From a virus (Duplodnaviria; Heunggongvirae; Uroviricota; Caudoviricetes), in IMG/VR virus record IMGVR_UViG_2690316210_000008: a stretch of DNA of 5,787 nucleotides. One strand, given 5' to 3'. This document shows positions 4,831 through 5,787 of the stretch, one piece after another. How positions within the stretch are numbered: the stretch's first letter is position 1; the number at the start of each line of letters is the position of its first letter. Made by a program: the position numbers and the translations under genes. Below the pieces are notes generated by a model that worked only from the letters and a program-made list of their open reading frames with translations, did no database searches and was not told the DNA's origin.

Positions 4831-5787
4831 ATGAAACTAGCATTTGCCAAAGATATTGATTTTGTTAAAAGAACGAATGGAAAATCACCTTTAGAGATAG
4901 AACAAGAGATAATCGATAAGGTGTCGCCAACCGGATTAATCTATTCAGGATTAATTCTTCCCTTCAAAGGTAGTATGGGTAAGTATCGCGTAACTCACCC
5001 AGACACAGGGGAGTTTAAGGATTATGCAATTAAGCATTTCAATAACTTCACCGGAACAGAATTGTTTTCTACCGAAAAGGCCGCATTAGTCTCGATTAAA
5101 AGGAAGTGCGAGAAATTAGGGAAAGAATTTATAGAATGGGATGGAGGCTGGAAAGGATTTGCAAAAACCAAAGCCGTGATTATGTGCAAAGAGCATGACA
5201 GAACATTAAACCCAAAACTGGTTTATGCACTAAAAGATGATGTTCCTTTGGCGTGTTCCGGTTGTCGCGGCGATACTGTGCACAAGAAATCTAATGGCGG
5301 TAAGACTAGACATGAAGTAAGACAGGAAAAACAAGCAATCATCGAATCCCGTTGCGAAAAGATGAATTACACTTTCAAGGGATTCTCCGGTGATTTACGG
5401 TACTCATATGCAACAAAATTCGTTATTCACTGCAACAAGCATAATGTTACATGGGAATCAACGAAATGCACTATCCATAAGTTTACTTGCCCCGAATGCA
5501 GAAAAGAACAGTTGATTCAGCTTTCCAACCGTACATACACTGATAAGGCTAATTTCTATATTCAATTATTAGATGACAAATTTATTAAATTTGGTGTTAC
5601 CACACGAGATATTAAAATCAGGATGTATGAGCAAACCAGAAAGAGCAATTTTAACCATAAATTAATCTTCCTTCATGAGTTCGCGGAAGGATGGAAAGCA
5701 TTAGACCTAGAGCATGAAGTAAAACAACGCTTTATGAAGTGGTCAACAAAAACTGGCCACCGAGTTAGAGTTTTTCCAGTATCGATT
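4831..5787 (+). CDS. Protein with two Cys/His zinc-ribbon repeats and a T5orf172/GIY-YIG-like domain, paralogous to the minus-strand gene at 4106-4675; 3' end beyond the window
   Basis: Seen: I translated ATG 4831 through base 5787, 319 sense codons with no stop. The supplied ORF track omits it because the ORF runs off the window. Shine-Dalgarno AGAGGA 7 nt upstream. Two repeats ([KR]CEK..., C-x2-H-x15-20-C-x2-C): CKEHDRTLNPKLVYALKDDVPLACSGC and CNKHNVTWESTKCTIHKFTCPEC. Then FYIQLLDDKFIKFGVTTRDIKIR..., which is T5orf172-like. The N-terminus (AKDIDF ... GLILPFKG) aligns with the minus-strand paralogue. Confidence 0.75.
   Translation, partial: MKLAFAKDIDFVKRTNGKSPLEIEQEIIDKVSPTGLIYSGLILPFKGSMGKYRVTHPDTGEFKDYAIKHFNNFTGTELFSTEKAALVSIKRKCEKLGKEFIEWDGGWKGFAKTKAVIMCKEHDRTLNPKLVYALKDDVPLACSGCRGDTVHKKSNGGKTRHEVRQEKQAIIESRCEKMNYTFKGFSGDLRYSYATKFVIHCNKHNVTWESTKCTIHKFTCPECRKEQLIQLSNRTYTDKANFYIQLLDDKFIKFGVTTRDIKIRMYEQTRKSNFNHKLIFLHEFAEGWKALDLEHEVKQRFMKWSTKTGHRVRVFPVSI

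Noticed and set aside
1-5787. CRISPR array, tRNA or rRNA
   Set aside because: I found no regularly spaced short direct repeats with unique spacers, no tRNA-like cloverleaf or T-loop consensus in the intergenic regions, and nothing rRNA-like.

Overview
This window looks like a phage-derived, mosaic region, probably a prophage or phage remnant in an enterobacterial genome; everything below is read from the sequence and from recalled family motifs, with no database search run. Bases 1-109 match the right terminus of an IS2 insertion sequence, which abuts and apparently interrupts a repeat-rich tail-fibre gene (to 1401). A tightly packed + strand cluster of four small genes with uniform GGGGG Shine-Dalgarno motifs (1508-3050) leads to an M15-family zinc peptidase, a probable endolysin (3060-3413), followed by a strong terminator. 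On the minus strand, a T4 UvsW-type SF2 helicase gene is truncated just after helicase motifs I and Ia, and its frame runs into the antisense of the terminator and endolysin 3' end. It is translationally coupled (TAATG) to an upstream gene with a Cys-rich segment and a T5orf172/GIY-YIG-like domain. A divergent paralogue of that gene runs from 4831 to the window end and is missing from the supplied ORF track because it has no stop codon inside the window. I saw no rRNA, tRNA or CRISPR array. I cannot point to a single clearly novel system; the strongest candidates are the paralogous zinc-ribbon/T5orf172 pair and the uncharacterised small genes inside the lysis-like operon.
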